Shown: positions 11,390-24,302, counted from the whole stretch's first letter. The stretch is DNA of 62,988 nt, filler included, from Craspedostauros australis (GCA_030167865.1; 12 parts of 12 records of this genome joined end to end with filler, not necessarily neighbours in it); one strand, 5' to 3'. Translations and numbers: made by a program. The notes: a model not told the origin generated them from the letters alone.

Positions 11390-11669
11390 CGTTACGATGA
11401 AGCAGCAATCCAGTGTAAAATATGTTGAGACAATGGCTCCTGCACCGGCCTCTACACGGCGATGAACCGATGGGCAAACCAGATGAGGAGCGATGAGATA
11501 GTTGTTGTGGTGTAATCAGATATTTTAAACTGGACTTATGGCTGCTTGCTGCCAATGTCCAGCTTGTTGTTGTTTGTTCTTGTGTTTGCTTGCTTGGTGC
11601 TGGTGGTGGCTGCCAGCCGTTGAGTTGCAACGACGAATGACGTCATTGGCATTTCCTGGTTTCTTTGGT

Positions 11670-12180
11670 TTCGCGCCATCTGTCGTCAAAATTTGGGCAT
11701 CTGCTCCAACACTGGGAACAATGGGCGGCGCGCAACAAGGCCATGTTTGAAGGCCAGGACTCGGCCGAAGCTGAAATGGTCCAAGCCCTCAGAGACAGGG
11801 CGAACTCACTTCATCTTCGCCTTGAGCAAGACAGTACAGACCACCACCGAATAACGCAAACGAAGCCCGCAGACGACGCGACAGTAGGAATGGTCGCGGT
11901 ATGGGTCGAGCAAGCAGCACGAATACTACATGAGCCAGCCGCCTCCGGCGCCCTGCTCAACTGGTTGATGTGTAGAAGGCACGCTCACCCAGCCCCCGAC
12001 TGAGTTCACCGCACGCGCGTTTCGACAGCGGGCCGCCACTACACGAGACACATACATATACAAAACGCAGATTCCGTGCTCCCTTCGTGCCGCGCACGAA
12101 GTCGAAAGAAGGCGGAGAAAAGCGCCACCGGCGCAGCCTCATAAGAGGGTCTAATCTCTGAGTTTTTATTTTATTTTATT
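11670..12180 (+). mobile_element. 5'-truncated non-LTR retrotransposon (LINE, Ambal/L1-like) 3' end, copy 1
   Basis: KIW..WEQWAARN C-terminal motif, stop at 12001-12003, 3'-UTR homologous to 39941-40088, and (TTTTA)n-like tail at 12163-12180. Confidence 0.7.
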
Positions 12181-13097
12181 GTGCTGTTTGGAACAACCGA
12201 TGGCGTTTCGGACAAGGTTGGTGCGATGATAGTGTTTTTGTACCCGAAAACAAAGGCGTCCGATAGCATAAGTGTTTCAAGGTGTTTCGTCGCAACCCTG
12301 TGCTTCGCATCGCGCACAACATGATTGCGAAGACACGGCAAGCGAACATGTTCACGTACGCACCCAACACCTTGGAGACATAGATATCCTGTTTCACGAA
12401 TGGAAGACAAGGACGAGAAATCTGAAGCAGGGCAGAATTGCGCGAAGACCAACAGCCTCAAGAGCCTATTGAACATGTCGATGAGATCGCGAGCGGACTG
12501 CGAAGAACGCGTGATGATGGTCGAGAGTGCTCTGGAGCACGAGCCGCTCTCAGCACTCAAACTTGCACTGCCAAAATGGAGCTTGGAGCCGAGATCGCGT
12601 ACGAGCCAGAGTACGTCGAAGTGTTAGTCCCTCGCCCGACCGCGTGGACGCAAAGAAGTCTGTGTTACCGATTTTTCACTGCACGCGTGTCCGCCACGCT
12701 TCCTCCGTGTTTGGCATTGGGTTTCCGCTCTGGTCGTGACGTCAACACAACTTCAAGCAGTTGCTGGCGATCGCGACATGTTAATCACAAGGAAAGCTCT
12801 GACGATGTCCCTTGGCTTCGGATGTCCTAAATGACATGACAAGGGGAACTCGAGGGACACGTCTGTGGGAGAATTACATATTGCACTCTGAATAAGGAAT
12901 AGCAAAGCGCATACGAACCCGAATTCGTTCACGAATGTGCACGCTGTTTCCGCAGAAAGAAAACGGGAACACGCGAGGACTGACGGACAATCGACATCGT
13001 GAGTTGTGCGCGATCCCTGGTGACGCGACAACACCCAAAGAAAGCATCATAAAATCACTCACCAACATTCACCGAAAATATCATCACCAGTACGAAT

Positions 13098-16000
13098 ATG
13101 ATGGCAGAAACAACCACATCTACAGACCAACACCATGGCGGTCAGCATCAAACCGACGGGATGCAGCAGAGATTGGTGGGCGACATGTTCGGTAGACATG
13201 CCGAGATCAAGCTGCTCTTCGATGCATTTGACACCATTGTCACCAAACAACAACGGCAGCCTCGGCAGCATCAGCAGCACAAGGAAAGACGACGCCCATC
13301 CAAGGTCGGAAAGTCTGCGCAATCTGCAGACTCTGCCAGGCATTCCACTCAGCCAGCAGGAACAACACAAACCGATGCCAGCGCCGGTATTGACAACAGC
13401 TCGAACCATCCTCAACGTCGTTCCAAGACCAATCGCCCAATTCCTGCCGTCTTCGTATCCGGCGTGAGTGGAACAGGCAAGTCGAATCTCCTCGAAGAGT
13501 TCTTTGACGATCTCAAGATCAAGCTGCGGGTGCTGTTGATACAACAGTTCAGTGTCGTGAGGACACAGCGGCTGCCAAAGCCAACGAGCAGCATCATGAG
13601 CATCACGAACACCACGAACACCACGACGATCAAGTGTACATCCTGAGGGGCAAGCTCGACGAGTACAGCGGCATGAACAACCCATACGTCGCCCTTGTCC
13701 AAGCAATCACCAGCTTCGTCCAGCAGCTGGAACAAGGCCCAACACACATAATGGAGTACTTTCAGCACAAGCTCGCAGCTGGGCTGTCCATCGATGATTG
13801 CAAGGTGCTCACCAAGGTCATCCCGCCACTGGCGGTACTCCTGCCTTCCCATGTCGCCGCTCGCCCCACCGATGCCACGCAAGATCATCACGAAGATATC
13901 GCCACCAATGCTGGCGACACATGGAAGAGCGTCCAATACCTCTTCGTCCAGCTCATCAAAATCATCTCGTCAGAAGCAGACGTTGAGGCAGACGTTGAGG
14001 CAGACGTTGAGGCAGACGTTGAAGCAGACGCTACGGCAGACGCTGCAGTTACGACAACAGCGGCAACAACGACAGCTGCACCATCGATCATCCTGTTCCT
14101 TGATGACCTGCAGTGGGCCTCGTCCGCCACCCTCACCTTGCTCTCTCGCCTTCTCATGGACCCATCCATCACCAACTTCATGCTCATTGGGACCGTGAGA
14201 GAGGATGAGATCGACAATCGNCATCATGACGACGAGGATCACATCGACATCGATGATCCCGCATTCTCCCATGAACAAGACGACCCAGACCAGCACGCCA
14301 TCAACCTCCCACCCTCAAATCCGTTCATGCAGATGGTTGGCACACTCGAGGAACTGCCGCGCTACGATCCCACCATGTCCCAAGTGAAGCTTCGGAACAT
14401 GACGTTGGCAGAGGTCACCCAATGGATGTCGTCTCTGCTTGACTCGCCGACCAAGGTCATCAGGACCTTGTCATTCAAGCTACACCACAAGACGCTGGGC
14501 AACCCATTCTACATCGTTCAAGCTTTGGAGGCGCTGCAGCGAGAAAACCGCATCATCTACGATGACATTCTTTGCACGTGGAGATGGGGAGCAGATGGGC
14601 ACGACACCAGGCCAAGTCCAGGAGCTGATGCCGATGCTAACAGCAGCGTCGAGATCGATGACGACGAACGATCGCTCCTGACCATGTCCGTTGGCGGAAA
14701 CGTCGAGGATCTCATCACCTCCAAGATGAAGTACCTCCCCAAGACCCTGCAGCAGCTGCTCACAGTGGCATCCTACATCCAGTCCCAATTTGAGCTTTCG
14801 ACGCTGCAGGCTGTCTGGAACGAGATCAAGGATCTCATCGGCATGTACGACGGAGATCTCGCCNNNNNNNNNNNNNNNNNNNNNNNNNNNNNNNNNNNNN
14901 NNNNNNNNNNNNNNNNNNNNNNNNNNNNNNNNNNNNNNNNNNNNNNNNNNNNNNNNNNNNNNNNNNNNNNNNNNNNNNGCTGCTGACCAACACCATCGGC
15001 GCCGCAAGCTACCGCTTCGCTCATGATCGCATCCAGCAGGCGGCTCGCAACGTCATCCCAGACGGAGAGTCCCGCGACAAGCTCCGCAGGGCCATCGGGC
15101 GCAGCATCCTCAACATGTACAATCGGTTCAGCAGCTCTCAGGACGGCACTGCTACGGCCAAGCCCATCGTCCAGAACGATGACGGTCTGCTCTTCATCGC
15201 GGCTGATCATCTCAACAGTGTGCCGACCAAGGATACTCTGTTTCTCGTCAACCTCAACCTCCAAGTCGGCGAGATCGCACTGGCCAAGAGCGCGCTCTCC
15301 CTGGCCGCATCCTACCTGGAGAAGGCCTACCATGGCTTCCAGCTCGTTCACAACAACCAAAGCGAGCACTTCCACGGCATCCTCATCCGCCTGTCCCGTG
15401 CCAGAGGAAGCGCGGAGGCCGCCCTTGGCAACTACGATGTCGCCACGTCAATGTTCAAACTCGTCCTGAAACGAGCGAAGACGCTGGAGGAACGACTCCC
15501 ATGCTACATACCGATGGCCGACATCCTCGCCCGTCAGCACCAGCATGACAAGGCAGCGAAGCTGCTGGTTGGCGTGGCCCAGGAGCTCAAGATCTTCCCC
15601 AAGAGGTGGTTCGTTCTTCACGTTGCCAAGGACTGGCGCTTCATGAGCAACTTCATCAAGGGGCAGAGCGACGAGACGATCCTGAATCTCCCGCTGATGA
15701 CTGATTCTGTCAAGGAGATGGGAATGAAGATTCTGAGCGAGCTTGCAATGCAAGCCTTCTTCATCAAGAACATATTGCTCGTCCTTGTCTGCATAGGCAA
15801 GCAACTCCGTCTTCTCAAGAAGGGTGGGCTGACTCCATATGCAGCTCCAGCGCTCGTTTCTTATGGTATCATCATCCAAACCATGAATGGTCACGACACC
15901 GCGCTTCGGCTGGCCTGTCTTGCCAGGAAGCTAATCGAGGCAACGAATGGGACTGCGATGATTGGGAGGACGCAGATAAGTTCCTGCCCGTGCATCTACT

Positions 16001-17127
16001 CTTGGAGTAGACCTCAAGAAAAGCAATTCAAGGATCTGGAGCTTGGATACAGATCGTCCATGCAAGTCGGTGACGTCGAGACCGCCTTCTTCAATTGGTA
16101 CATCCATGTCGACCTTGGTTTCATGATGGGAAACGACTTGAGCAGGCTCGTCCAATCGCATCGCGCAATCATGCGCGAAGCCAAGGAGTACCATGTCTTA
16201 TCGATCCAACGGATGATCGGGGTCCAACTCCCTGTCATGGAGGGTATGGCAGGCGAGAAGCCCATCAATTGGGTTGACGTCCGAAACTTCGGGGCACGAT
16301 CAGGAAGTCGTGAAGCTCCCAATGACACCTACTTTTTGACGGCCGGCTATGCTGCCAGGCTTCGAGTGGCCGTCTACTTTCAACAGTACGACGTTGCTGG
16401 TGAGCTTGCCGACAGATTCGAGAAGCTCGAGGTGGACAAGGCAACCTACAACGTCATCGTGCCCCAGCTACTTTTCGTGGGTCTCGCAGCCGCGGGCTGT
16501 TACAGAAGTACGAACAAGAAGAAGCACCTGAAAAGACTCCAACAGAAGGTCCAGGAATTCAAAAGCCTCGTACGTCACAGAGGGCTGAACTGCCTCCACC
16601 ACAGTCTCTTGTTGACGGCGCAACTCAAGGCTGTCACGGCCTCCCCACAGCGCAAGATCAAGGATGCGTACGACATCGCCATCGCTATCGCCCACAAGGC
16701 TGGTTGCATGCAAGATGTGGCGCTTGCTTCGGAACTGGCCGGTGAAACATTCCGTCGCATGGGTGTGAAAGAGGTGGCCACAACGTACTTCATGGAAGCT
16801 ACCATCCAATACAGCCAGTGGGGTTGTAAGGCCAAGGTCGACGACATCAAAAAGCGCCATACGAAGTACCTCGATCTGAGGCATCTCGCGAAGGTGGAAG
16901 CCAACAACACGAATGTCGGGAAGATGACCATCCCAATGATTGGCTTCAACCCAAGGGATGTATCATCGAACGACACCATTGGAGGAGAGAGTGGAGTGTT
17001 GACATCCACGTCGCCCACTATGCCGAGCTTTGGGAGTGTGAATCAAGCCGGGGATATGCTGTTTCCGTACCAGCAAGGCACCTGTACGGATCAAGACGAT
17101 GATATCTCCATGCTCAGTGACGATTGA
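13098..17127 (+). CDS. COG3899-like STAND/AAA_16 ATPase with C-terminal helical (TPR-like) region; one frameshift near 13510-13525 and one N gap
   Basis: MFGRHAEI, Walker A GVSGTGKS, GKLDEY..PY, Walker B ILFLDDLQWA, KTLGNPFYI, YRFAHDRIQQAA, ELAG and WGCKAKV, spread over ORFs 13098-13646, 13634-14986 and 15115-17127. Confidence 0.8.
13974..14030 (+). repeat. 12-bp coding minisatellite (EADV)x4
   Basis: GCAGACGTTGAG units just upstream of the Walker B motif. Confidence 0.85.
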
Positions 17128-18410
17128 AGATGAGAGATGAGAGATGTTGTGCGGCGCCATGGAAATAGAGTACTAACACGCATAGAATGGAAATTTAACT
17201 TCCAAATTTGAAGCATGTACGGTATGAGGACGTAGAGCAGAGTGGAGTGGAATAGAAGCATAGCATTGTGTAATACTCTGCAACACCGACACGAGCCACT
17301 CTTTTCTGTTTTCAGCAATTCGAAACCTGGATGAGCGTCATTGCCAGGGCCGCAAGACAATCAATCCATTGCTGATTCTCGTCGTCAGGTTGCGTGTAAT
17401 GGCGGTGTCCGAAGCGAACGTGGCATGTGGGCGTCACTGTCACATGCGATAGGATCTAGATGGCGTCGTCATGAATGCTTGATTCGTTCGAGGTCGTGGT
17501 CTACCATCCCACTGATTGTGGTTACCTGTGTACCAGTACGAGTATGTGCATGTGAGCCTTGTGAAATGGTGTACGAGGTGGCATGGCATAGTATGGTACG
17601 AAGGTGGAGAGTGCCTGTGATGCGGTGTCATCGTCATCGTTGCCTTGTGTGTATGATTGAGCCATGGCATCCGTGTGATGAGCAAGTAGGAGTAGGGAAG
17701 CAAGGTAATAGTACAACGGTGAAGGCAGCGGATGTTCTTTCGTGTATCAATACCAGTGAATGCAGCAATGGATAGAGTTGCTCGTGCATAGAGCACTCAA
17801 TGGATCGTACTTCACTTTGCAGGAACCGCCTCTGCGAATGCACTTGTGGCGTGTGTGAATTGCGCGGTTGCGATTTGCGTTCAAGAGAGAGTATCGATAA
17901 GTTCAACACTATTCTATTCTGAAATACTTGTATGTACTTGTATCTTGTTGAATGTGATGGGCGAGTGACACGTTGATGAGCGTCGTGTTTATTCGTAGCA
18001 ACAAGAGCTTTGTACTGTGGCATGCTGTACGACCTATGCTGTATTGATATCCCCTCGTCGATGATTCGGATCGTTCCGAAAAATCAAGGAAGGATTGGCT
18101 GAGGGGCATCACGACCCTTTTCATTCCGCGAATGGTGGTATGTGTCCATTGGTATCTGATGATGGAAGCCCTGCTGGAATTTCGACGCTGGTTGAATGGA
18201 TCACGTGGCGCTGATACCGGCAATCAATGGTGACCTCTATGTCGCTCCGATCCTTCCTTGGCACACACTGGATGACACGCTGCCAGAGAAGTGAGTCGGT
18301 GTTGGTGCCGCCATCTCCGGCTGTTGCCCTATTGTCGAGTATCTTACATATTGCGGTGCGTTGTGCTCGGTCGTTTTTTTTGTCGTCGGTTGGTTGTTGC
18401 TGGCTGGCAC

Positions 18411-20186
18411 TTAGACGACAAACAAAACGAGGGAGGCGGCCATGAGCGCCATTCCTCCGATGAAAGAATGCGTGACCACGGTGTCCTCCGGGTCGTAGAA
18501 GTGGGCGGTTGGCAAGAGCTCGCGGACGCTGATGATGACCATCATGCCACCGACGAGACCGAAGAGAACGGCGTAGAGGGTGTCAGAGAAGGAGTTGGCG
18601 AGGATGGCCCATCCCAGAAGGGCCGCGACGAACTCGGACGCGCCGGAGAGCAGGGCCCACAGGAATGCGTTGACGCGGTTTCCGGTGGCGTAGTAGATTG
18701 GGAGGGCGACGCAGAGACCCTCTGGGATGTTGTGGATGGCGATGGCGAATGCGAGGATGGCGCCGACCGTTGGATCGTCCAACGCGGCAACGAATGTGGC
18801 CAGTCCCTCTGGGAAATTGTGCAGACCGATGGCGAGTGCCGTATTGATGCCCATTCGGACGAGACGCTCCTGCCCCTCGAGCGGCTTAGCGCCGTCAGTT
18901 CCATCGGGTTCGTCGTTTCCTGCGTTTTCGTTCGCGACTACCGTTGTTGGTTCCTGCGCTGGCGCTGGCGTTGGCGTTTCATTGTCATTGTCGTCCCCGT
19001 TATCGTCGTCGCTGTTTGCATCCTTGGCCTCCAATTCTTGGCCCATTTTCTGTATCTTTTCAAGATCGCCAACTGGATCATTGCTGCAGCATGGAGCGCC
19101 TATTGTGGTATTGCTGTCGGCTGGCTGATTGGCTGACGTAGCACCAGGAGTTTCATGTTGATGCACATGCTCAGGCTGTTCTGGGTATTCATGATGGTGA
19201 TGCTCTCCGCCCATCAGCTTCATCACGACGCTGTTGAGAGCCTGGGAGTTAGTGGAATAATCATGAGTGGAATAATCATGAGGGCATGGATCCGAGGAGG
19301 TGAAGGGATGGTTGCAGAGATGAAGATGGAGGAGGTGAATGAGGAGCACCCATTCATCACAACCAAAATTCGATTTCAGCATGGGGACGAAAAGGTATGA
19401 TCAGGAACATATGCCGAACCGAACCGACCGATGCACGAGCACGATGGGGCAGTTGCGAGTCGTGAAGCCGAAGATCAAAATTGAAGGAATGGAGATTGAC
19501 AGCGTGAGCGGGAATGAACTTGAGGCATTGATGTTGAAGTGAATGATCGAGGAGTGCACAGGCTGAGTCTGGCCTTGCTCCATCACGGTCGGCATGATTG
19601 GCATAGACCTGCGAATGCAGATGCCAATGGAAATGAGCTTCTCTGTCGTGCTTCGGCAAGCGCAAACGTCGGCACGCTGGACATTGGGCAGTGGCCCATG
19701 CCTCGCTGCCACTCCGGCTGTTGGAATAGATTGGAATAGATTGAATTGGACCAATCAGAGAGGCGAGAGTGAAGGCAAGAGACCAATGCAACAATGCGGT
19801 GAATGCGAACTCTTCAACTCCTGCCAACGAAGCCAATGTCCAACCGGAGCGCACGCCTGAGAATGCATGAATGCCCGATTGCATGGAATGAAGGAACTCA
19901 CGATCATGGAGATGACACCACCGAAGAAGCAGAGGGTGGAGTAGAGGTAGGCATCGCTCTCGCTGAAGCCAGCATCCTCGAAGCTGGCGGTGGACTTGGT
20001 GAAGATCTCGACGAAGGAGACGTAGCTCATGACGCCAGCCGAGAATCCTAGCGACGAGGCCAGCACGCGACGTGACGTCATCTTGACGAGCGCCGGGAAG
20101 AAGACGACGGCCGCGCCGACGGCGGTCGAAGCTCCTGCTCCGAAGACCAGGGCCAGCGCCACTCCAACGTTCTCGTTTCTGCCCAT
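18411..20186 (-). CDS. ZIP-family (ZupT-like) divalent metal transporter; exons 20186-19902 and 19241-18411
   Basis: GFSAGVMSYVSFVEIF, AIGLHNFPEGLATF, AIAIHNIPEG and GMMVIISVRELLP motifs, with a His-rich loop. Phase-0 660-nt intron with GTGAG donor, ACTAAC branch point and CAG acceptor. Confidence 0.92.
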
Positions 20187-21395
20187 CTTGTGTGCTTGCT
20201 GTTGCTGTTGTTGCTGCCGTTCTGTGTGTTCTGTGACTCTCGCAGCTGCGAATTGTGACTGGTTGGATGTGAGTGGTGAGTTGTCAGGTGTGAAGTTTGG
20301 AATGTGTGGTGTTGTGATGTGTGGTGTTGTGATGTGGAGTGGTGTGGTGTGGTGTGGTGTGGAGTCGACGAGAGTATAGTCTGCCACTCTGGGAGGGTTC
20401 GACAACAGAATCGGGACAATGTGGTTGTAGGAGTAGCGGCAAAAGAGATAACGAGAGAGGTGGCAAAAGAGGTGGCACAAGAGGTGGCACAAGAGGTGGC
20501 ACAAGGAGCGGCGGCAGCCTGATCCTTCACTTTGGGTGTCAACAACGTTGTTGTCCTGCGAGGAGTGAAAGAGCTTCAATAGCCGAAATCTGGATTCCGC
20601 CTCTCCGCCTTGGATGCCGCAAGTTCCTTGTTGGTGTGAGTGAGCGTCGGCACCTTCGCTCGTGCTTGTTGTCGTTGTTGTCTGCACCAGCGTGTGTCTC
20701 GCGAGGAGCGGTGAGACACGATTCCAGTGCAATGACATGCGTTGCGTGATGTGCGCGGAGCCATCGGATTTGCCATGGTTTCGCCTTCCTCCGGTCACAG
20801 AAAGGGTCGGCTGTGTCAGAGGGATGACAGAAAATCAGCCGTTGCGACCAATGCGCACCGACTGTCCTTGCACTGGCGCTACCACTCGTGCAGCCGGTTG
20901 TCACACATCAACACGAACAACGATCAGGAAAGATCGCATCAACTTGAACATTTCGGCAGCTTGGAAGACCTGTATGCGACACTATTGCGACATGTGTACG
21001 ACACCAATAATGTGGTTGGTTGGTTCCACAACAAATGGAGAAAGCAACACGAACGAATCAAAGGTGACAATGCTTCCACGTGGAGTCGATACAACGCATG
21101 GTACTGTGACCCCTCCGACTAAGTACCGAAACTCGCGCCAACTCCAACGAAAGCTCCCGAACAAAAGCACAACAACATCGGCATCTCGTCATCGCCATCT
21201 CTCCAAGCGCAAACAGAACGAAGAATCAGGATCTTGAATGAGCGTGGTGCCAGCAATGCGCATTCTTCATCACACTCCACAGGCAGCCTGGTGACCCAAC
21301 AGCATCGAAAGAAAGGAGGCCGGCATTCGCCGAGGAGGGGAGGATCGCAAAAGAGTAGAAGAAGAGGAGGAAGAGGCATCTCTTCTCCCTCCACC

Positions 21396-23081
21396 ATGGT
21401 GTCAACGATGCATCGGTTACCGTTGCTTGCGCTCTTTCTGGCTTCGTTGGGGTTTGATTTGGCAGAGGCCTTCGGTCTTCCAGCGGCGAATGATGGTGGC
21501 AGCACTTGCGGAGGAAGGATGGGAGGGAGACAATCCTCCTTCCATCCACAGTCACAACCATTGCGACCATCGAAACCACAGCCACCACAATTGCAGTGGC
21601 AGTCGCAGTCATCACCATTCCGAGCATGCGGCGATGGATCGATGAGACGGAACCGCAGCTCCAGGTTATTCTCGTCGCCGCTGCCATCATCGATGGACGA
21701 TGATCGACGACCGCAACGTCCCGTCACGCCCAACAGCGCCGCACGGACGAACAACTGGGGCATCATCCGAGAGGACGCCACCGAGACGTCGATCGACTTC
21801 CCCTCCACGGCAGAGACGGTCGTCGACGATGCCTTCCGCGCCATCGCCGGCATTCTGCACGACAGGCAGATGGCCGATCCCAACGTCTTCGGCAACACCA
21901 TGGCCAAGAACGTCCTCGACTATCGTCCCGTGCGGCGCAACCATGATGCGGGACGCATGGGCATCGAGCTCGATGGCACCAAGATGCTCTTTGCCAACGA
22001 TCCGCGCGTGTCGCCGGACAGAGCGCTAAGGCGCGTGTCCTTGATGCTGGCGGCCAAGCTATCCGTCAATGACAATTGGCGGGAGTTCGAAGACAACACC
22101 GGGAAGGCTGGTCAAACCGCGAAAAAGAACAAGAAGAAGAAGAAGAAATCGACGACGGCGAAGGCTAACAGCGAAAATACCGGCAGCCGTCCCGTTGCGC
22201 TGTACTTCAACACGGTCAAGCAGGCTCTCATGGCGAGCAAGGAGTTAGCGCTGCTGCGGTATCAGGACATGCAGAAAGATGTCAGCAACGACGAAACAAC
22301 TGATGGCAATGATGATGGCGAAATTGGAAAGGCCGAAGGTACGAGCAAGTCAAAAGATCAGCAAAAGGTCTCAATATACGACAACATATTCGTCGGCTGC
22401 GTCGGCGACGAGCTGCCGCAGGAAATGCGCCTCGACTTGAAGGCCCGCAAGAAATACGGGGGACTCCAGAAGGGTCTCATCGATGCCACCAAGGGCATCG
22501 TCGTTGTGGTCAAGCCGACGGATTTCAATTCGGAATACAAACCGCCCGGGCCCGCCGCCGACGCGATCACCACATTCCAGGCTCTTTGCATGAAGACATC
22601 CGTCAATGAACTGCCCACCGTCGCCATATCACCGCGTTTCCTAGCGAACGAGGCGCCCGTCAGCGGCTGGGATCAGAGCGGGTACCAACGTTCTTCCATG
22701 TACGGTGGCATCGAACCTCCCAAGGGACCCACGCCTTGGATCATGCGAGATTTCACACCACCCGTCTACGCGTGGGTCACGGACGCGTTCAACGATGGAA
22801 CAGGTTCCAGAATCCAACGTTCCAGCATCACCCGCAGTTCCAACGGCGGCGATGACATCGCGTGCGCCTTCACCAAAATCGCCTTCACGCATTCCGTCAT
22901 GTTCACGCAGCACGTGTGGAGGATATACGCCGCCCGCGAATGCTTCAAGGGCAAGGCGCAGCTTCCGACGAGCCATCATTACTTGGCGAGCACCAGGAGC
23001 GCATCTGGCCGGCCCACTCGAGATATCCTGCAATACGTGATTGACAATGCCAACCTTTCTGTGGATGATGGCGAGACATGA
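21396..23081 (+). CDS. Putative plastid-targeted conserved protein (DUF1995-like)
   Basis: Long clean ORF. Signal peptide RLPLLALFLASLGFDLAEA-F followed by an S/R/P-rich transit-like segment. DFPST..AFRAI, GRMGIELD and RDFTPPVY recall the DUF1995 layout (recognition only). Confidence 0.6.
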   Translation: MVSTMHRLPLLALFLASLGFDLAEAFGLPAANDGGSTCGGRMGGRQSSFHPQSQPLRPSKPQPPQLQWQSQSSPFRACGDGSMRRNRSSRLFSSPLPSSMDDDRRPQRPVTPNSAARTNNWGIIREDATETSIDFPSTAETVVDDAFRAIAGILHDRQMADPNVFGNTMAKNVLDYRPVRRNHDAGRMGIELDGTKMLFANDPRVSPDRALRRVSLMLAAKLSVNDNWREFEDNTGKAGQTAKKNKKKKKKSTTAKANSENTGSRPVALYFNTVKQALMASKELALLRYQDMQKDVSNDETTDGNDDGEIGKAEGTSKSKDQQKVSIYDNIFVGCVGDELPQEMRLDLKARKKYGGLQKGLIDATKGIVVVVKPTDFNSEYKPPGPAADAITTFQALCMKTSVNELPTVAISPRFLANEAPVSGWDQSGYQRSSMYGGIEPPKGPTPWIMRDFTPPVYAWVTDAFNDGTGSRIQRSSITRSSNGGDDIACAFTKIAFTHSVMFTQHVWRIYAARECFKGKAQLPTSHHYLASTRSASGRPTRDILQYVIDNANLSVDDGET

Positions 23082-23690
23082 CGCTCTGTCTTTGTGATAA
23101 CGACGAGGATAAGTACAAGGATCGATGCCGCTAACTTCAAGTTCGTACAGAATGATGGGGCATCTATTTGCACCCCATCAAATCTCCAGTGCTCTCCGGA
23201 GACTACAGCCACAAAGCGAAAGTACGCGCAAGTGCAACCAATACTACAGGGTGTCCAATCATCTCCTGTGCTTGCGCAATTCCAATACGAATCCCAGTTA
23301 GAACCCAATAACGCCAGAGTAGAGTAGATTAGAGTAGAGCACATACACAGGCATTGTATGGTATCATACTTGCTCAGCCGGCTCAACCCTGCGGCGGCGT
23401 TGGTGCCTTGTCGCCGCTCATCGAAGTATCGCCCTCTACGTGTCTAGTCTCAAGTGATAGCCTGTTCGTACGTTTTCTTGGTTGGTTGGTTGTGACACGT
23501 CACGCCCGACTTCAACCACACAAACAGATTCTCACTTTGGCGCATTCGCGTCTCCTTGATGGTTTCGCGTCTCTGACAGAACATCAAGAGCCCATCAACA
23601 TCATCGACGAACGAAGTCGAAGATCAAAGCATCACACGCAGGCCCATCCCAATCGCAAGCAACAATCATCCATCCATCCATCCATCCACC

Positions 23691-24246
23691 ATGCAACTCA
23701 GACAACGACGACAGCGGCAGTGCAGCCACATCCATTTCGGCTTGGCGATTGCGGTTGCGTTGTGCTGCGCGCGAACGGGCAATGCATCAACGCCATGCGC
23801 CTTCGCGGCAGGTGGCTTCGGCGGCGGCAAGTCCAGCAGCAAATCCAAGGGCAAGCAGAAGAAGCCTCGCAAGGGATTTGGCACAGCGACGGCGCCCAGC
23901 CAGGCAGAAGAGACGATCGCACCCGTCGGTGCGCAAGCATCCGATGCTCCGAAGCTGGACAAATGGGGATTGCCGGAGATGACGCAAGATGATCTCTTCC
24001 CGCCAATGCCGGCTGGAACGGAGCTGCTGCCAGTTGAACAAGGGACAGCGTACAAGCTCGCAGACATGCAACTGTGCCTGCAGGATCATATCGACATGAA
24101 GCTGGACCGATGCTTTGATGAGGAAGGCGTGCAGAAGGGTGCATCGCAACGCTCGCCATGCCGATTGAACTTGCTTCACAGGTCTCCGCCGGTGCTTCAG
24201 ATTGACAACTTCTTCACGCCGCAAGAATGCAACGACATCAAGAGCT
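23691..24246 (+). CDS. 2OG-Fe(II) oxygenase / prolyl-4-hydroxylase-like protein, N-terminal part, truncated at scaffold end
   Basis: Hydrophobic leader, GGFGGG/KGFG low-complexity segment, then LLHRSPPVLQIDNFFTPQECNDI, typical of the start of a P4Hc domain. Confidence 0.6.
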
Positions 24247-24290
24247 NNNNNNNNNNNNNNNNNNNNNNNNNNNNNNNNNNNNNNNNNNNN

Positions 24291-24302
24291 TTAATTAATT
24301 AA
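24291..24302. other. Artificial scaffold spacer TTAATTAATTAA; also at 25787, 30378, 35628, 38891, 44038, 48208, 51434, 56573, 58934 and 60932
   Basis: Identical palindromic 12-mer with stops in all six frames, always embedded in N runs. Confidence 0.97.

Noticed and set aside
11665..11711. PBS (TGGCGC) and mini-LTR upstream of the 11389 gag
   Set aside because: The segment is better explained as LINE coding sequence (VVKIWASA..WEQW).
18291..19136. Long antisense ORFs (also 48271-49260, 59458-60843)
   Set aside because: These are shadow frames of real genes on the opposite strand.
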